Shown here: piece by piece, positions 9,783-20,278 of the stretch
Layout of the letters: every line of letters starts with the position of its first letter
Numbering within the stretch: position 1 is the first letter of the stretch
Source of the DNA: an uncultured Mycoplasmatota bacterium
GTDB lineage: Bacteria; Bacillota_I; Bacilli_A; RF39; UBA660
Length of the DNA: 64,000 nucleotides
Direction: 5' to 3'
Assembly (NCBI GenBank): GCA_947426265.1
Contig: CANEDJ010000002.1
Span: forward strand, 367-64,366
Made by a program: the position numbers and the translations under genes
The notes under the pieces: generated by a model
Databases searched by the model: none
What the model saw: the letters and a program-made list of their open reading frames with translations, nothing else
Told to the model about the DNA's origin: nothing

Positions 9783-10478
9783 ATGAAATGGATTGAAAAT
9801 ATTATGAGTAATCAAGTATTATTTTATAGCTTCTTAGCGATCTTTTGCATAGGAGCAATTGTTCTATTTACATTAATTTATATGGATCGTAAAAATTTAA
9901 AATTATTTCAAGCAGAAGAAAAAAACTTGTTGGATGAATTAACACAGTTTGAAGACTCTAAAGAAGAAATTAAAATAACTCAAATTAATGAAGAAGAAAA
10001 ACCAAAAACAAATTTAGAAGAAGTTTTAGAAAAAATGCAAGCAGACTTAGATAAAAAGGAAGATGTTGTTGCAATATTTGAACAAGAACAGGAAGAAAAA
10101 GCAATCATCAGTTATCAAGAATTACTACAGAGCAAAAATAAAAATGTAGAAGGCTCTAATAAAGAATTGCTTTCTGTAATTGAACAAATTAGTAAGCCAG
10201 ATATAAACATTTATGAAGAAATAGAGGAACCAATAGAAGCCATTTCACCTATTGTAGAAGAACCAAAAAAATTCAAAACAACAGACTTTATTTCTCCAGT
10301 TTATGGAAAACAAAATAGCAATATTAAATATCCAAAAATTCCTAATTTTAATGAATTAAAAGAAGCTAGTAATAGTATTGAATTAGAAAAAAAAGTGGAT
10401 GCTTTTGAAGAATTAGATAGCAATCACAATGATGCTTTCTTAAATGCTTTAAAAGAATTTAGAAGTCATTTGGAATAA
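9783..10478 (+). CDS. Hypothetical membrane-anchored acidic (E/K-rich) protein
   Basis: One N-terminal TM helix (VLFYSFLAIFCIGAIVLFTLIY) followed by a low-complexity E/K-rich region. GGAGTG RBS before the ATG at 9783. Confidence 0.45.
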   Translation: MKWIENIMSNQVLFYSFLAIFCIGAIVLFTLIYMDRKNLKLFQAEEKNLLDELTQFEDSKEEIKITQINEEEKPKTNLEEVLEKMQADLDKKEDVVAIFEQEQEEKAIISYQELLQSKNKNVEGSNKELLSVIEQISKPDINIYEEIEEPIEAISPIVEEPKKFKTTDFISPVYGKQNSNIKYPKIPNFNELKEASNSIELEKKVDAFEELDSNHNDAFLNALKEFRSHLE

Positions 10479-10510
10479 GCCCTTAAGGCTTATTTTTTAG
10501 GAGGTTGTAT

Positions 10511-11785
10511 ATGAAATTTTATATTTATACATTAGGTTGTAAAGTAAACATGTATGAAAGTAATGTTATGATAGATGCTTTAAAAAATGCTGGTTATATA
10601 GAAGTACCAAAAGAAGAAGCAGACATTTTTATTATTAATACTTGTACAGTTACGAATGCTGCAGATAACAAATCTATGAAAATGATAAGACAAGCGATCA
10701 AACAAAATCCGAATGCAATTATTGTAGTAGCTGGATGTATGACACAAGTGAGCAAAGAAAAAGCCTTCAATTTAGAAGGTGTTGATATTATTTTAGGGAA
10801 CAAAAACAAATCCAAAATTGTAGAATATATAGAAACATTTAAAACAACACAAAAACAATTAGAAGATATTCAAAATTTGGAAAATGTTCCTTTTGAAACA
10901 ATGAAACTGAATAATTTTAGTCATACAAGAGCATTTGTAAAAATAGAAGATGGATGCAATAACTATTGTTCTTATTGTATTATTCCTTATTCTAGAGGAA
11001 CTGTTAGAAGTAAAAAAAGAGAAGATGTTTTAGAAGAAGTAAAAACTTTAATTCAAAAAGGGCATCACGAAATTGTTTTGACAGGAATCCATACAGGTAA
11101 CTATGGAGCAGAGTTTAAAGATTATAAATTTGCTGATTTGATTTCTGAACTAATTAAAATAGACGGGCTAGAAAGGCTTCGTATTTCCTCTATTGAAATG
11201 AATGAACTAACAGAGCAAGTATTGGAAATTATGCAAAAAAGTTCAGTTTTGGTAGATCATTTACACATTCCACTTCAATCTGGAAGTGACACAATTTTAA
11301 AAGCAATGAACCGCAAATATCTGAAACAGGATTTTATTGAAAAAATAGAGACGATTAGAAAAATAAGACCAAATATTTCAATTACAACAGATGTGATTGT
11401 AGGTTTTCCTGGAGAGACAGAAACGCTTTTTGAAGAAACATTAACAACCATAAAAAAAATTAATTTTTCAAAAATTCATGTTTTTCCATATTCTAGAAGA
11501 AAAGGAACTGTAGCAGACATGATGGAAAATCAAGTGTCAGAAGAAGTTAAGAGAAAAAGAGTTCAAGTCTTATTAGAGCTTTCTAGAAACTTAGAAGAAC
11601 AATATTTTAAAAAGTTTATTGGAAAAACACTCTCATTTATTCCAGAAATTGTAAAAGATGGATTCATTATTGGTCATACAGGAAACTATTTATTAGTAAA
11701 GAAAAAAGGAACTGAACTAAATAATCATATAGAACAAATAGGAAAAATAGTAAAAATAGAATATCCTTATGCCATTATGGAATAA
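10511..11785 (+). CDS. mtaB: MiaB-like tRNA methylthiotransferase (MtaB-type), radical SAM
   Basis: MTTase N-terminus FYIYTLGCKVNMYES, radical SAM CNNYCSYCIIPYSRG, and a TRAM-like C-terminus. Confidence 0.75.
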   Translation: MKFYIYTLGCKVNMYESNVMIDALKNAGYIEVPKEEADIFIINTCTVTNAADNKSMKMIRQAIKQNPNAIIVVAGCMTQVSKEKAFNLEGVDIILGNKNKSKIVEYIETFKTTQKQLEDIQNLENVPFETMKLNNFSHTRAFVKIEDGCNNYCSYCIIPYSRGTVRSKKREDVLEEVKTLIQKGHHEIVLTGIHTGNYGAEFKDYKFADLISELIKIDGLERLRISSIEMNELTEQVLEIMQKSSVLVDHLHIPLQSGSDTILKAMNRKYLKQDFIEKIETIRKIRPNISITTDVIVGFPGETETLFEETLTTIKKINFSKIHVFPYSRRKGTVADMMENQVSEEVKRKRVQVLLELSRNLEEQYFKKFIGKTLSFIPEIVKDGFIIGHTGNYLLVKKKGTELNNHIEQIGKIVKIEYPYAIME

Positions 11786-11806
11786 TAAGAATAGAAAGGG
11801 AAAAAT

Positions 11807-12148
11807 ATGAAACAAGTAATGAATGTAGAGTTTTTAGATAATGAAACAGTTGAAATTAAATATGGCGGAAAAACAAGCAATGATTTAAAAGAAAAACTTT
11901 TGAATTCTTTTAAATACGATATTTTTAAAAAAGGTTATATTGTTGAAGATGATATTCATAGGCAAGATATTGGGGATTTTATTTATTATCAATTTTATTA
12001 TTTTGATGGAACAAGCTCTAGAGATGTTTGGTTTCAAATTCCTAAAAATGATTTGAACTCAATTCATTTTGTTGACCAAATACTATTGGAAATTGAAAAG
12101 AAAAAAGAAGAAGAAATTCCAGATATTATTTTTGAAGATGAAGAATAA
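11807..12148 (+). CDS. Hypothetical small acidic protein
   Basis: 113-aa ORF with RBS. No motif recognised. Confidence 0.4.
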   Translation: MKQVMNVEFLDNETVEIKYGGKTSNDLKEKLLNSFKYDIFKKGYIVEDDIHRQDIGDFIYYQFYYFDGTSSRDVWFQIPKNDLNSIHFVDQILLEIEKKKEEEIPDIIFEDEE

Positions 12149-12180
12149 AGACTTTAAATAAAAAGTCTTATTTTTGTTTT
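12148..12180 (+). terminator. Rho-independent terminator
   Basis: AAGACTTT-AAATAA-AAAGTCTT followed by ATTTTTGTTTT. Confidence 0.65.
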
Positions 12181-12263
12181 GTTGAATCAAAGAATCCTAA
12201 GTGAAAAACCATTGACGAACAAATGTACTCTGTGATATACTGAAATAAGAAGTTGGTGATATC

Positions 12264-14516
12264 ATGGAAGAAAAAAAATATATCAAAGGAAATTTTAAAC
12301 GAAGCATTTTTTCTTCTGAGAAAGGGTATATAATTGGTGTATTTAAAATAAAAGAGACAAATATAGAAACACTAAATATCTATATTGGAAAAACGATCAC
12401 GTTTACAGGATATTTTCACGAACTAAATGAAGATGATACTTATTTTTTTTATGGAGAAGAATTAGAACATCCGAAATATGGTTTGCAATTTCAAGTTACA
12501 GAATATGAAAAAGTAAAACCAGAAGATAAAGATGGAATTGTAGAATTCTTATCAAGTGATTTATTTAAAGGTGTTGGAGAAAAGCTAGCATTAACTATTG
12601 TAGAAACCTTAGGAGAACAAACTTTAGAACGCATTTTAGAAGATCCAACTTGCTTGACATTGGTTCCAAAATTATCTGATAAAAAAGCGAATCAAATTTA
12701 TCAAACTTTAATGAAATATGAAGAAAGCCATAAAACAATTGTATATTTGACAGAACTTGGTTTTAGTATGAAAGATGCTCTTTTGATTTATAATAAATAT
12801 AAAGGAAATACTGTTTCTATGGTAGAACACAATGTTTACCTTTTAATCGATGATATCGAAGAAATTACATTTTCTAAAGTAGATGATATTGCACATAAAT
12901 TAAATATGTTAGAAGATGATGAAAGTAGAGTAAAGGCTTGTATTTTATATTGTATGAAAGAACTTACTTTTAAAAATGGTGATACATTTTTAGAACATGA
13001 TGAAATATACAGAACAACTCTTAATTTTTTAAAAATTGATTTGGGAGAAGATTTATTTTCAGAATATTTAGAAGAACTTGTGATAGATGAAAAATTAATA
13101 AGAGAAGAAAGCTTTTATTATTTAAAAGACATGTATGACTCAGAACAACAAATTTTAAAAAAATTTGAAGTTTTGTCTAGAAGGCCAGAAGATCATTATA
13201 GGAAATTGGAAAAAAAATTAAAAGAACTAGAAGAAGCTTCTGGAATTATTTATAATGAAAAGCAAAAAGAAGCGATTACCAAAGCACTTACTAAAAATTT
13301 ATTGATTATTACAGGAGGACCAGGTACTGGAAAAACAACTATTATAAAAGCGATTGTAGAACTTTATAAACGATTACGAAATTTAGATGATGATGGAGTC
13401 AATAAAGAACTCGCTTTGCTAGCACCAACAGGAAGAGCTTCCAAACGTATGAGTGAAGCAACTTTATTTCCAGCAACAACCATTCATCGCTTTTTAAAAT
13501 GGAATAAGGAAAATAATCGATTTGGGGTTGATGAATATAATAAGGATAATAGTAGGCTCATTATTATAGATGAAGTAAGTATGATAGACTTATCTTTATT
13601 TGATCATTTGTTAAGAGGACTCACTGATCATATCAAACTGATTTTGGTAGGAGACTATAATCAACTACCAAGTGTTGGACCAGGTGAACTTTTAAAAGAC
13701 TTTACTTTAAGTGAAGCAATTGAAACTGTCCATTTAGATTTGTTATACAGGCAAGATGAAAACTCATATATTACAACTTTAGCTGGTGAAATTAAAGACA
13801 ATGATATTAGTAATACATTTAGAAAAACAAGAAGCGATTATACGTTTTTAGAATGTAGTTCGAATCATATTCGTGAAAATTTAAAACGTCTTTGTAAACA
13901 AATTACAGAAAAAGGATATGATTATAAGAGAGTTCAAGTGATGGCCCCAATGTATGCAGGTGTAAATGGAATTGATAATTTAAATAAAGAACTTCAAGAT
14001 GTATTCAACCCTAAAGAGGAATCAAAAAGGGAAATCAAAGTAGGGGATATTATTTTTCGTGAAAATGATAAAGTATTAGAATTAGTCAATATGCCAGAAG
14101 AAAATATTTTTAATGGAGACATTGGTATTATTACTCGTATTATGTATGCAAATACAAGTAAAAGCGGAAAAAATGAAATCTATGTTGACTATGATGGCAA
14201 TGTTGTAAAATATATGCCAAAAGATTTTAATAAAATTAAGCACGGCTTTATTATTAGTATCCATAAGTCTCAAGGAAGCGAATTTGAAATTGTAGTCATG
14301 CCAGTAAGCTCGAGTTATAAAAGGATGCTTTATCGAAAACTTATTTATACAGGAGTAACTAGAGCAAAGCGAAAATTAATATTGCTTGGAGAGCCAGATG
14401 CATTTTTATATAGTGTAGCGCATGAAGCAGAACGAGAAAGAAAATCAAATTTGTGTAAAAAATTAAAAGAAACTTTACATAAAATAGAAGAAAATGGAGA
14501 AGATAATATTGTATAG
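12264..14516 (+). CDS. recD2: ATP-dependent RecD-like DNA helicase (RecD2/YrrC family)
   Basis: N-terminal OB/HhH region, Walker A ITGGPGTGKTT, Walker B IIDEVSMID, and a C-terminal helicase/SH3-like region. Length 750 aa. Confidence 0.85.
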   Translation: MEEKKYIKGNFKRSIFSSEKGYIIGVFKIKETNIETLNIYIGKTITFTGYFHELNEDDTYFFYGEELEHPKYGLQFQVTEYEKVKPEDKDGIVEFLSSDLFKGVGEKLALTIVETLGEQTLERILEDPTCLTLVPKLSDKKANQIYQTLMKYEESHKTIVYLTELGFSMKDALLIYNKYKGNTVSMVEHNVYLLIDDIEEITFSKVDDIAHKLNMLEDDESRVKACILYCMKELTFKNGDTFLEHDEIYRTTLNFLKIDLGEDLFSEYLEELVIDEKLIREESFYYLKDMYDSEQQILKKFEVLSRRPEDHYRKLEKKLKELEEASGIIYNEKQKEAITKALTKNLLIITGGPGTGKTTIIKAIVELYKRLRNLDDDGVNKELALLAPTGRASKRMSEATLFPATTIHRFLKWNKENNRFGVDEYNKDNSRLIIIDEVSMIDLSLFDHLLRGLTDHIKLILVGDYNQLPSVGPGELLKDFTLSEAIETVHLDLLYRQDENSYITTLAGEIKDNDISNTFRKTRSDYTFLECSSNHIRENLKRLCKQITEKGYDYKRVQVMAPMYAGVNGIDNLNKELQDVFNPKEESKREIKVGDIIFRENDKVLELVNMPEENIFNGDIGIITRIMYANTSKSGKNEIYVDYDGNVVKYMPKDFNKIKHGFIISIHKSQGSEFEIVVMPVSSSYKRMLYRKLIYTGVTRAKRKLILLGEPDAFLYSVAHEAERERKSNLCKKLKETLHKIEENGEDNIV

Positions 14517-14563
14517 AAATTATCTATACAGTGATCATAGGTTCTAGCTAAGAGGTGAGATTT

Positions 14564-14707
14564 ATGAAGATGAAAGATATGGCACTTATGGGATTAGGTG
14601 CAGGAGCTGTTTTGATGTATCAGAAATACAATAAACCAGTAATGAAGAAAATGGAAAAGGCTATGAATAAGGTAGCAAAAAAAGCAGATAAACAGTTAGA
14701 AAATATG
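14564..14707 (+). CDS. Small hypothetical protein (about 47 aa), absent from the ORF track
   Basis: RBS AGAGGTGAG precedes the ATG at 14564. Sequence MKMKDMALMGLGAGAVLMYQKYNKPVMKKMEKAMNKVAKKADKQLEI. A strong terminator follows immediately. Confidence 0.35.
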
Positions 14708-14712
14708 ATGTA

Positions 14713-14738
14713 GAAAAAAGCTCTTTTGAGCTTTTTTT
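14713..14738 (+). terminator. Rho-independent terminator
   Basis: AAGCTC-TTTT-GAGCTT followed by TTTTT. Confidence 0.7.
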
Positions 14739-15123
14739 GATTATAGTATTAAAAAAGCTGTTTGTGATATAATCATATTATAAGTGAGAGATGAAGAAAG
14801 AATGAAAAAATGATTCTTTAATACCAACAATTTGTCCACAATATGGTGTTAATATAGAGCAAAGGAAAAATCTTCATATAGATGGTATGTTGTTTATAGG
14901 GAAGGGTTATCAAATCTCTAAAATAAATTTTCTGTGGATATTTTTTTAAATTCCTTGTATCATTTTACTGATAATGTCAATTTTTCAAAAGATATACATA
15001 TAATAAAAGTAGAGAAATCTTAGGATTAAGGTTTCTCTTTTACTTTACATTTTTATGATAACGCTCTATACAAAAAAGATAAAATTTGGTATAATATAAT
15101 GTGAGAAAAGGTAAGGTGATAGT

Positions 15124-18069
15124 GTGAAAAAATTGGCTAATTCAGTAATTATTGTTTTATTGTTACTTTGTTTTTTTGCACCATCTTTTCATACAAGCGC
15201 AGCTGCGGTTTATGAATTATATATAGAAAATGCAGAAGGCAATCATTTAGTACTGAGTGCAGGAAATTATAAAGAAGCTTACTTACTAGCTTTAGAGAAG
15301 GAAAAAGAGAATCCAAACAATAATGCTGTAATTTATGCAGATGGGAGGGTTGTTTATGCAACCTATGCATTGGTAAACCTTAAAACAAAAGCGTCAATAG
15401 GAGAAAATACAAAGTATAAAATTGAATTTAATAACTTAGATGGTTATGTCAACGGATATTATGGAGCAGATGCTGCCTTTTTAGGAACCAATGAAGATGG
15501 GACACAGGTTAGGTTTATGCAAGCAGGGGTAATTGGTTGGGTAAATTCAAGTGAAGTAGAAATTCTAAATATCAACAGTACTTCTTATACTTCTTTATAT
15601 ACATCTTCTTATAGTATGATATATACAGATGCATGGGAATTAAGACATTATATTACTCTTGATGTTAGAAATTATAAATCTGTGACAAAATTGATGTTAG
15701 GACAAGAAAGACCAACAGGAATGGTCAATGAAACAAATTATTTAAGTTATGATGGTCACTATTTTTATCCTGAGAGTTTAGATGGATTTCGCACAATGAT
15801 TCGTGATTATAAATTAGGAGTTAGAACGAATTCCATTAATCCAAATGATCCATATTATAATTATTATCAATTTTTATCACATCGTTCTATATCAAATTAT
15901 ACAAGTGCTCAGATAAAACAAGATTTAAGTGTTTATACTTCAAAGCCAACTAGCTATCCAGCAAAGACCAATCAATCTCAATTATTTGGAGAAGAAATTT
16001 CCTTTGTTCAATATCAAAATGAATTTGGCGCAAATGCAATTATGATGCTTGGAACAGCTAAAAACGAATCTGCAAATGGAACTTCTAATATCTCTATCAA
16101 TAAAAATAATTTATTTGGTCATAGTGCATTCGATTCTTCTCCAGGAGCAAGTGCAGATGGTTATGTAACAGTTGCACAAAGCATTTTCGCGCATTCTAAA
16201 AAATTTATTTCAGAAGGATATTTAGATCCTTGTGATGGCTATGCAGTTAATGGCAATGGAACCAATGATAAATGTTTACGTGGAAGATATTATGGTGGGA
16301 ATTTAGGAGATAAATCATCTGGTATGAATGTGAAATATGCTTCAGATCCATATTGGGGTGAAAAGGCAGCTGCTAAGTATTATACGTTTGATAAAAAATA
16401 TGGTTTACAGGACTATGGAAAATATAGTATTGGTATAAAAACTTCTACAACAAGTTACCCAATTAAAGCAGAAGCAAACAATAGTAGTAAAACATTATAT
16501 ATGACAGGAAATTCTAATAGTTATGCGATGATTATATTGGAAACAGTAACAGGAGAAGCAATAAATGGAAATAATACTTGGTATAAAATTCAATCGGATC
16601 CTACTTTGAATAGTGCAAGAACAGGTATTGTACAAGATCAAGGAGAATACAACTTTGAACATAATATTGCTTATATACATTCTTCTTATGTAGGATTTGT
16701 AAGAAATGGAAAATCAGGAAAAGCACGATATACAATCAAATTTAATCCAAATGGAGGAAAATTTACTGACAATATTACAAGTACAAAAAGTTTAACAGTA
16801 GAAGAATATGTAATTCCAGAAATTAATAATCCAGTAAGAGATGGTTATATCTTTAAAGGTTGGGATAAAGAAATCGTGGGTGCTACAGAAAATGTAACAT
16901 ATAAAGCAGTCTGGGAACCAATTGTTACAACATATAAAATTACATTTGATGCAGGACAAGGAAGTTTTAGTGATAAATCTAAAAAGAAAGAAATAGAAGT
17001 AAAGGCGGGGGAAATCCCAAGTATAGAAAATCCAAGCTTGGATGGATATACATTTACAGGTTGGAGTCCAAGCTTAAAAGAAGCCACTCAGAATGTAACT
17101 TATGTAGCACAGTATACAAAAAATGGAGAGATTCAATATAAAGAGACAGAAGGAGAGTTTTACTTTCACAATTTGAGTTCATCTGATAAAGGGCTTACCA
17201 TTACTGGATATAGTACTATTAATGGAATATCTATGAATAGTGGAAGTCAAGTAACTTATGAAATTGAATTTGAAAATATGAATACGAACGAAATCACATC
17301 TATTCCTTTAAATCGTATCATGAATCAAAATGATATGCCATTTATCGTTGGAAATATTAATGGAGTAGATGCTACATATTCTTGGTTTACAGGAACAATT
17401 TCATTGAGCGCCTTAAAAGCTGGTGATTATAGAGCTTATATTATTACAAAATCAGGAAATCTATATACAAAAAAATTAGTGAGAAATTTATTTGGCAAAA
17501 GTATGATAAGTAATTATACTTTAAATGGGAAGCAGATCTGGATTAGAAATAATTATTATTTAAAAACAGTTCCTATGGAATTCTTTATAAGAAACCAGGT
17601 AGTTGCTTCAAAAAATAATGATCCTCTTGATAATATGATGACTGGATATTCAAGTATCTCTTTTGAGGGGAATTCATTGAAAATAAGAGGATTCGCTCAT
17701 AATGTAAACGGAAATTATGCAATTGGAGAAACTGTGACAAGAACTATGGTTTTAGAAAATATAGAAACTTATAAGACAATTAGCAATTCTATAGCGACAA
17801 TAACGAATGGAGATTATTTAATTAGTCTTAGAGTTTCAGATGGATTTGATAAAACAAAAGCTTGGTTTGAAGGAACTATTGATATTAGTTCTTTAGAAAA
17901 AGGAACTTATGTTATTTATATTGCCAATTCAGCCAATATTAATGATTTTGCGGAATTGAATGATATATTTGGAAAAACAATAGGGGCCACTACAACAATA
18001 AATGGAAAAAATTATTCACTAAGAGTGAATACAGACATACGATATAGGATTGAACTGATTGTAAAATAG
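15124..18069 (+). CDS. Secreted cell-wall hydrolase: glucosaminidase-domain protein (mannosyl-glycoprotein endo-beta-N-acetylglucosaminidase-like) with two Flg_new (Listeria-Bacteroides) repeats
   Basis: GTG start with RBS AGGTAAGGTGA. Signal peptide. The central region (NNLFGHSAFDS...YYGGNLGDKSSGMNVKYASDPYWGEKAA) resembles the LytD/Atl glucosaminidase domain. Two repeats end KGWDKEIVGATENVTYKAVW and TGWSPSLKEATQNVTYVAQY. Confidence 0.65.
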   Translation: MKKLANSVIIVLLLLCFFAPSFHTSAAAVYELYIENAEGNHLVLSAGNYKEAYLLALEKEKENPNNNAVIYADGRVVYATYALVNLKTKASIGENTKYKIEFNNLDGYVNGYYGADAAFLGTNEDGTQVRFMQAGVIGWVNSSEVEILNINSTSYTSLYTSSYSMIYTDAWELRHYITLDVRNYKSVTKLMLGQERPTGMVNETNYLSYDGHYFYPESLDGFRTMIRDYKLGVRTNSINPNDPYYNYYQFLSHRSISNYTSAQIKQDLSVYTSKPTSYPAKTNQSQLFGEEISFVQYQNEFGANAIMMLGTAKNESANGTSNISINKNNLFGHSAFDSSPGASADGYVTVAQSIFAHSKKFISEGYLDPCDGYAVNGNGTNDKCLRGRYYGGNLGDKSSGMNVKYASDPYWGEKAAAKYYTFDKKYGLQDYGKYSIGIKTSTTSYPIKAEANNSSKTLYMTGNSNSYAMIILETVTGEAINGNNTWYKIQSDPTLNSARTGIVQDQGEYNFEHNIAYIHSSYVGFVRNGKSGKARYTIKFNPNGGKFTDNITSTKSLTVEEYVIPEINNPVRDGYIFKGWDKEIVGATENVTYKAVWEPIVTTYKITFDAGQGSFSDKSKKKEIEVKAGEIPSIENPSLDGYTFTGWSPSLKEATQNVTYVAQYTKNGEIQYKETEGEFYFHNLSSSDKGLTITGYSTINGISMNSGSQVTYEIEFENMNTNEITSIPLNRIMNQNDMPFIVGNINGVDATYSWFTGTISLSALKAGDYRAYIITKSGNLYTKKLVRNLFGKSMISNYTLNGKQIWIRNNYYLKTVPMEFFIRNQVVASKNNDPLDNMMTGYSSISFEGNSLKIRGFAHNVNGNYAIGETVTRTMVLENIETYKTISNSIATITNGDYLISLRVSDGFDKTKAWFEGTIDISSLEKGTYVIYIANSANINDFAELNDIFGKTIGATTTINGKNYSLRVNTDIRYRIELIVK

Positions 18070-18074
18070 AGTAT

Positions 18075-18118
18075 AAAAAATAAGTTAGAGATTATTTCTT
18101 CTAACTTATTTTTTTTGA
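18075..18118. terminator. Bidirectional rho-independent terminator between convergent genes
   Basis: AAGTTAGA...TCTAACTT flanked by A-run and T-run. Confidence 0.55.
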
Positions 18119-18135
18119 ATGAATTTTGATTTTCT

Positions 18136-20094
18136 TTATTCAACTACATAAATAGTATATGTCTTACAACTAACAATAGGAGTTCCATTATTAGTAGGAG
18201 AAGATGGATGAATTAATCCTGAATTAATACTATTGTGATCTTTGGTGACTATATTGAATATTGCACCAGGATAAGCAGATGCCAATTTTGATTTTAAACT
18301 TGAAATTGTCTTACTTGAATTTCCAGGGCTAAGCCATCCTTCTTGAATATTTAAATTTCCTAATGATTTTTCAGTACATGTTGGAGTAGTTGGTTTATTT
18401 GTAGAATTAGAACCATTTCCAGAAGGTTTCGGACCATTGCTAACTGTTAATACAACTGTTGTGCCATCAATAACTTTTGATCCAGAGCTCATGCTTTGAT
18501 TGAATATAATACCTTTGGTTTTGCTACTGTAGACATAGGACATTTTACAAGTAATTCCTAAGTTATTACAAGTCGTTTGTGCTTTGCTCGCACTCATTCC
18601 AATAAAACTAGGGAGTTCTATAGAAGCACCTAAAGATATAACAACTTTAAATTCATCACCTGGATTAATTTCTTCGCCTGGTTTTTTAGAAATACTGATA
18701 AATTTTCCTTTTTCAACTGTTTCGCTAAATTCTGATTCTTCATTTAAGGTTAGTTTATTTTCGTTTGCAAAGTTACGAAGAGCTATAATATCACCATCTG
18801 CAATAGTAATCATTTTTAAAGTACCCTTAGAAGTGATAATATGAATTCTGGCATTTTCTTCTAATGTATCTCCTTCTTTAACACTAACTCTAATAATTTC
18901 ACCAGCTTTAATTTCGCTATTGTATTCACTTTCATAAATAATGACTAATTTATTTTTTATTGCCCATTCTGTAATTTCATCTAATGACATTTTCATTAAA
19001 TCAGGAGCAATAATTTTTGGACCTTTTGAAATAATAATTTGTACAGTAGTTTCCTTTTGGTTGATTAATGTACCACTATCTGGGGTTGTAGAAATAACAT
19101 TTCCTGCTTTGATATCATTGCTGAATTCATAGGAAATTTCATATCTAATTCCGTTTCTTTTTAACCATAAAATAGCATCAAATTCTTCTAAATTGGCTAA
19201 ATCTTTTAAATTAACTGGTTTTAAATCTGCCTCATTTCCTAATGAGAATGTAATGTTAATTTCTTCATTTCTTCTAACTTCACCAGATTTATTTTGCTCA
19301 AATGCAACATCTTTTTCGATTGCTTCATTAAACTGATATTCTATATTTACATTATTTAATTTTAATTCTTTAATTTTTAAAACCACATCATCTATATTCC
19401 AGCCAATCATATTGGGAATGCTAACAATAGATTCATAATTAGGCCCGTTAGAAACAACAACTTCTAAAGATTTTATTTCTTTTACTAAAGTATTAGCGGG
19501 AATGCTTTGACTAATAACGTGATCACTTTCTATAGAATCGCTATATTCATAAGTTTGCTCTAAAGTTATCTTATTTTTATTAGCCCATTTTACAACTTCA
19601 TTGATACTAACATTACTAAAGTCTCCAACGGTTTTTAAAGTGGGCAATGTAAGAATGTTAGAAGTAACAAGAAATTGAAATCCAGTATATAAAGTAATTA
19701 ATACGATACCAAATAGTTCCAATTTTTTTTGAATTTTTTGATTTGTTGTAAAACCAGTTAGAACCATAAAAGAACTAATTAGTAATAAACATGTACTTGT
19801 AATAATTAAATAGGGTTGATTTACTTGATCAGTAGATTTTACGATTGTATATATTAGAAAGCTTAAACTAGATACAAGTGCAATAAAAGAGATGACTGTA
19901 AGTAAAGTACGAGGCTTTTGCTGTCCAGCTTTTATTTTCTCTTTAGACCCCTTCGACTTTTTTTGTTCTTTTTTCTGGACTTCTTTTTTCTTAGAATCCT
20001 TTCTTTCTTTTTTTTCACTTTTTAAGCTTTCTTCGTCTTCTTTTAAAGCACTTAATAAGTCTAATTTTTCTTTTAATCTCTCATTTTCATTCAT
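18136..20094 (-). CDS. PASTA-domain membrane protein without a kinase or PBP domain
   Basis: K/E-rich coiled-coil N-terminus, one TM helix, then at least five ~70-aa repeats each ending SNGP/SKGP (PASTA-like). RBS AGGTGA on the minus strand. Confidence 0.6.
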   Translation of the reverse strand: MNENERLKEKLDLLSALKEDEESLKSEKKERKDSKKKEVQKKEQKKSKGSKEKIKAGQQKPRTLLTVISFIALVSSLSFLIYTIVKSTDQVNQPYLIITSTCLLLISSFMVLTGFTTNQKIQKKLELFGIVLITLYTGFQFLVTSNILTLPTLKTVGDFSNVSINEVVKWANKNKITLEQTYEYSDSIESDHVISQSIPANTLVKEIKSLEVVVSNGPNYESIVSIPNMIGWNIDDVVLKIKELKLNNVNIEYQFNEAIEKDVAFEQNKSGEVRRNEEINITFSLGNEADLKPVNLKDLANLEEFDAILWLKRNGIRYEISYEFSNDIKAGNVISTTPDSGTLINQKETTVQIIISKGPKIIAPDLMKMSLDEITEWAIKNKLVIIYESEYNSEIKAGEIIRVSVKEGDTLEENARIHIITSKGTLKMITIADGDIIALRNFANENKLTLNEESEFSETVEKGKFISISKKPGEEINPGDEFKVVISLGASIELPSFIGMSASKAQTTCNNLGITCKMSYVYSSKTKGIIFNQSMSSGSKVIDGTTVVLTVSNGPKPSGNGSNSTNKPTTPTCTEKSLGNLNIQEGWLSPGNSSKTISSLKSKLASAYPGAIFNIVTKDHNSINSGLIHPSSPTNNGTPIVSCKTYTIYVVE

Positions 20095-20278
20095 ATTATC
20101 ACCTAATATACATTATACCGCATTTTAATAAATATGAAAACGGATGAATACGTTTTTTGTTTATAGTTTACAATTGGAAATTATAGAAATAACAAAAAAA
20201 AGAAGATAAGGTGGTAATATGTGTCAAATTTTGCTATAATTGTAATAGAACAAAGAAAATAATGTAGGTGAACAGTTA

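Noticed and set aside
14739-15100. Riboswitch (for example ydaO/c-di-AMP) or WalR boxes in the long AT-rich leader upstream of the glucosaminidase
   Set aside because: No conserved riboswitch core or clear TGTWAH-N5-TGTWAH pair was found by eye. This is left as a check item only.
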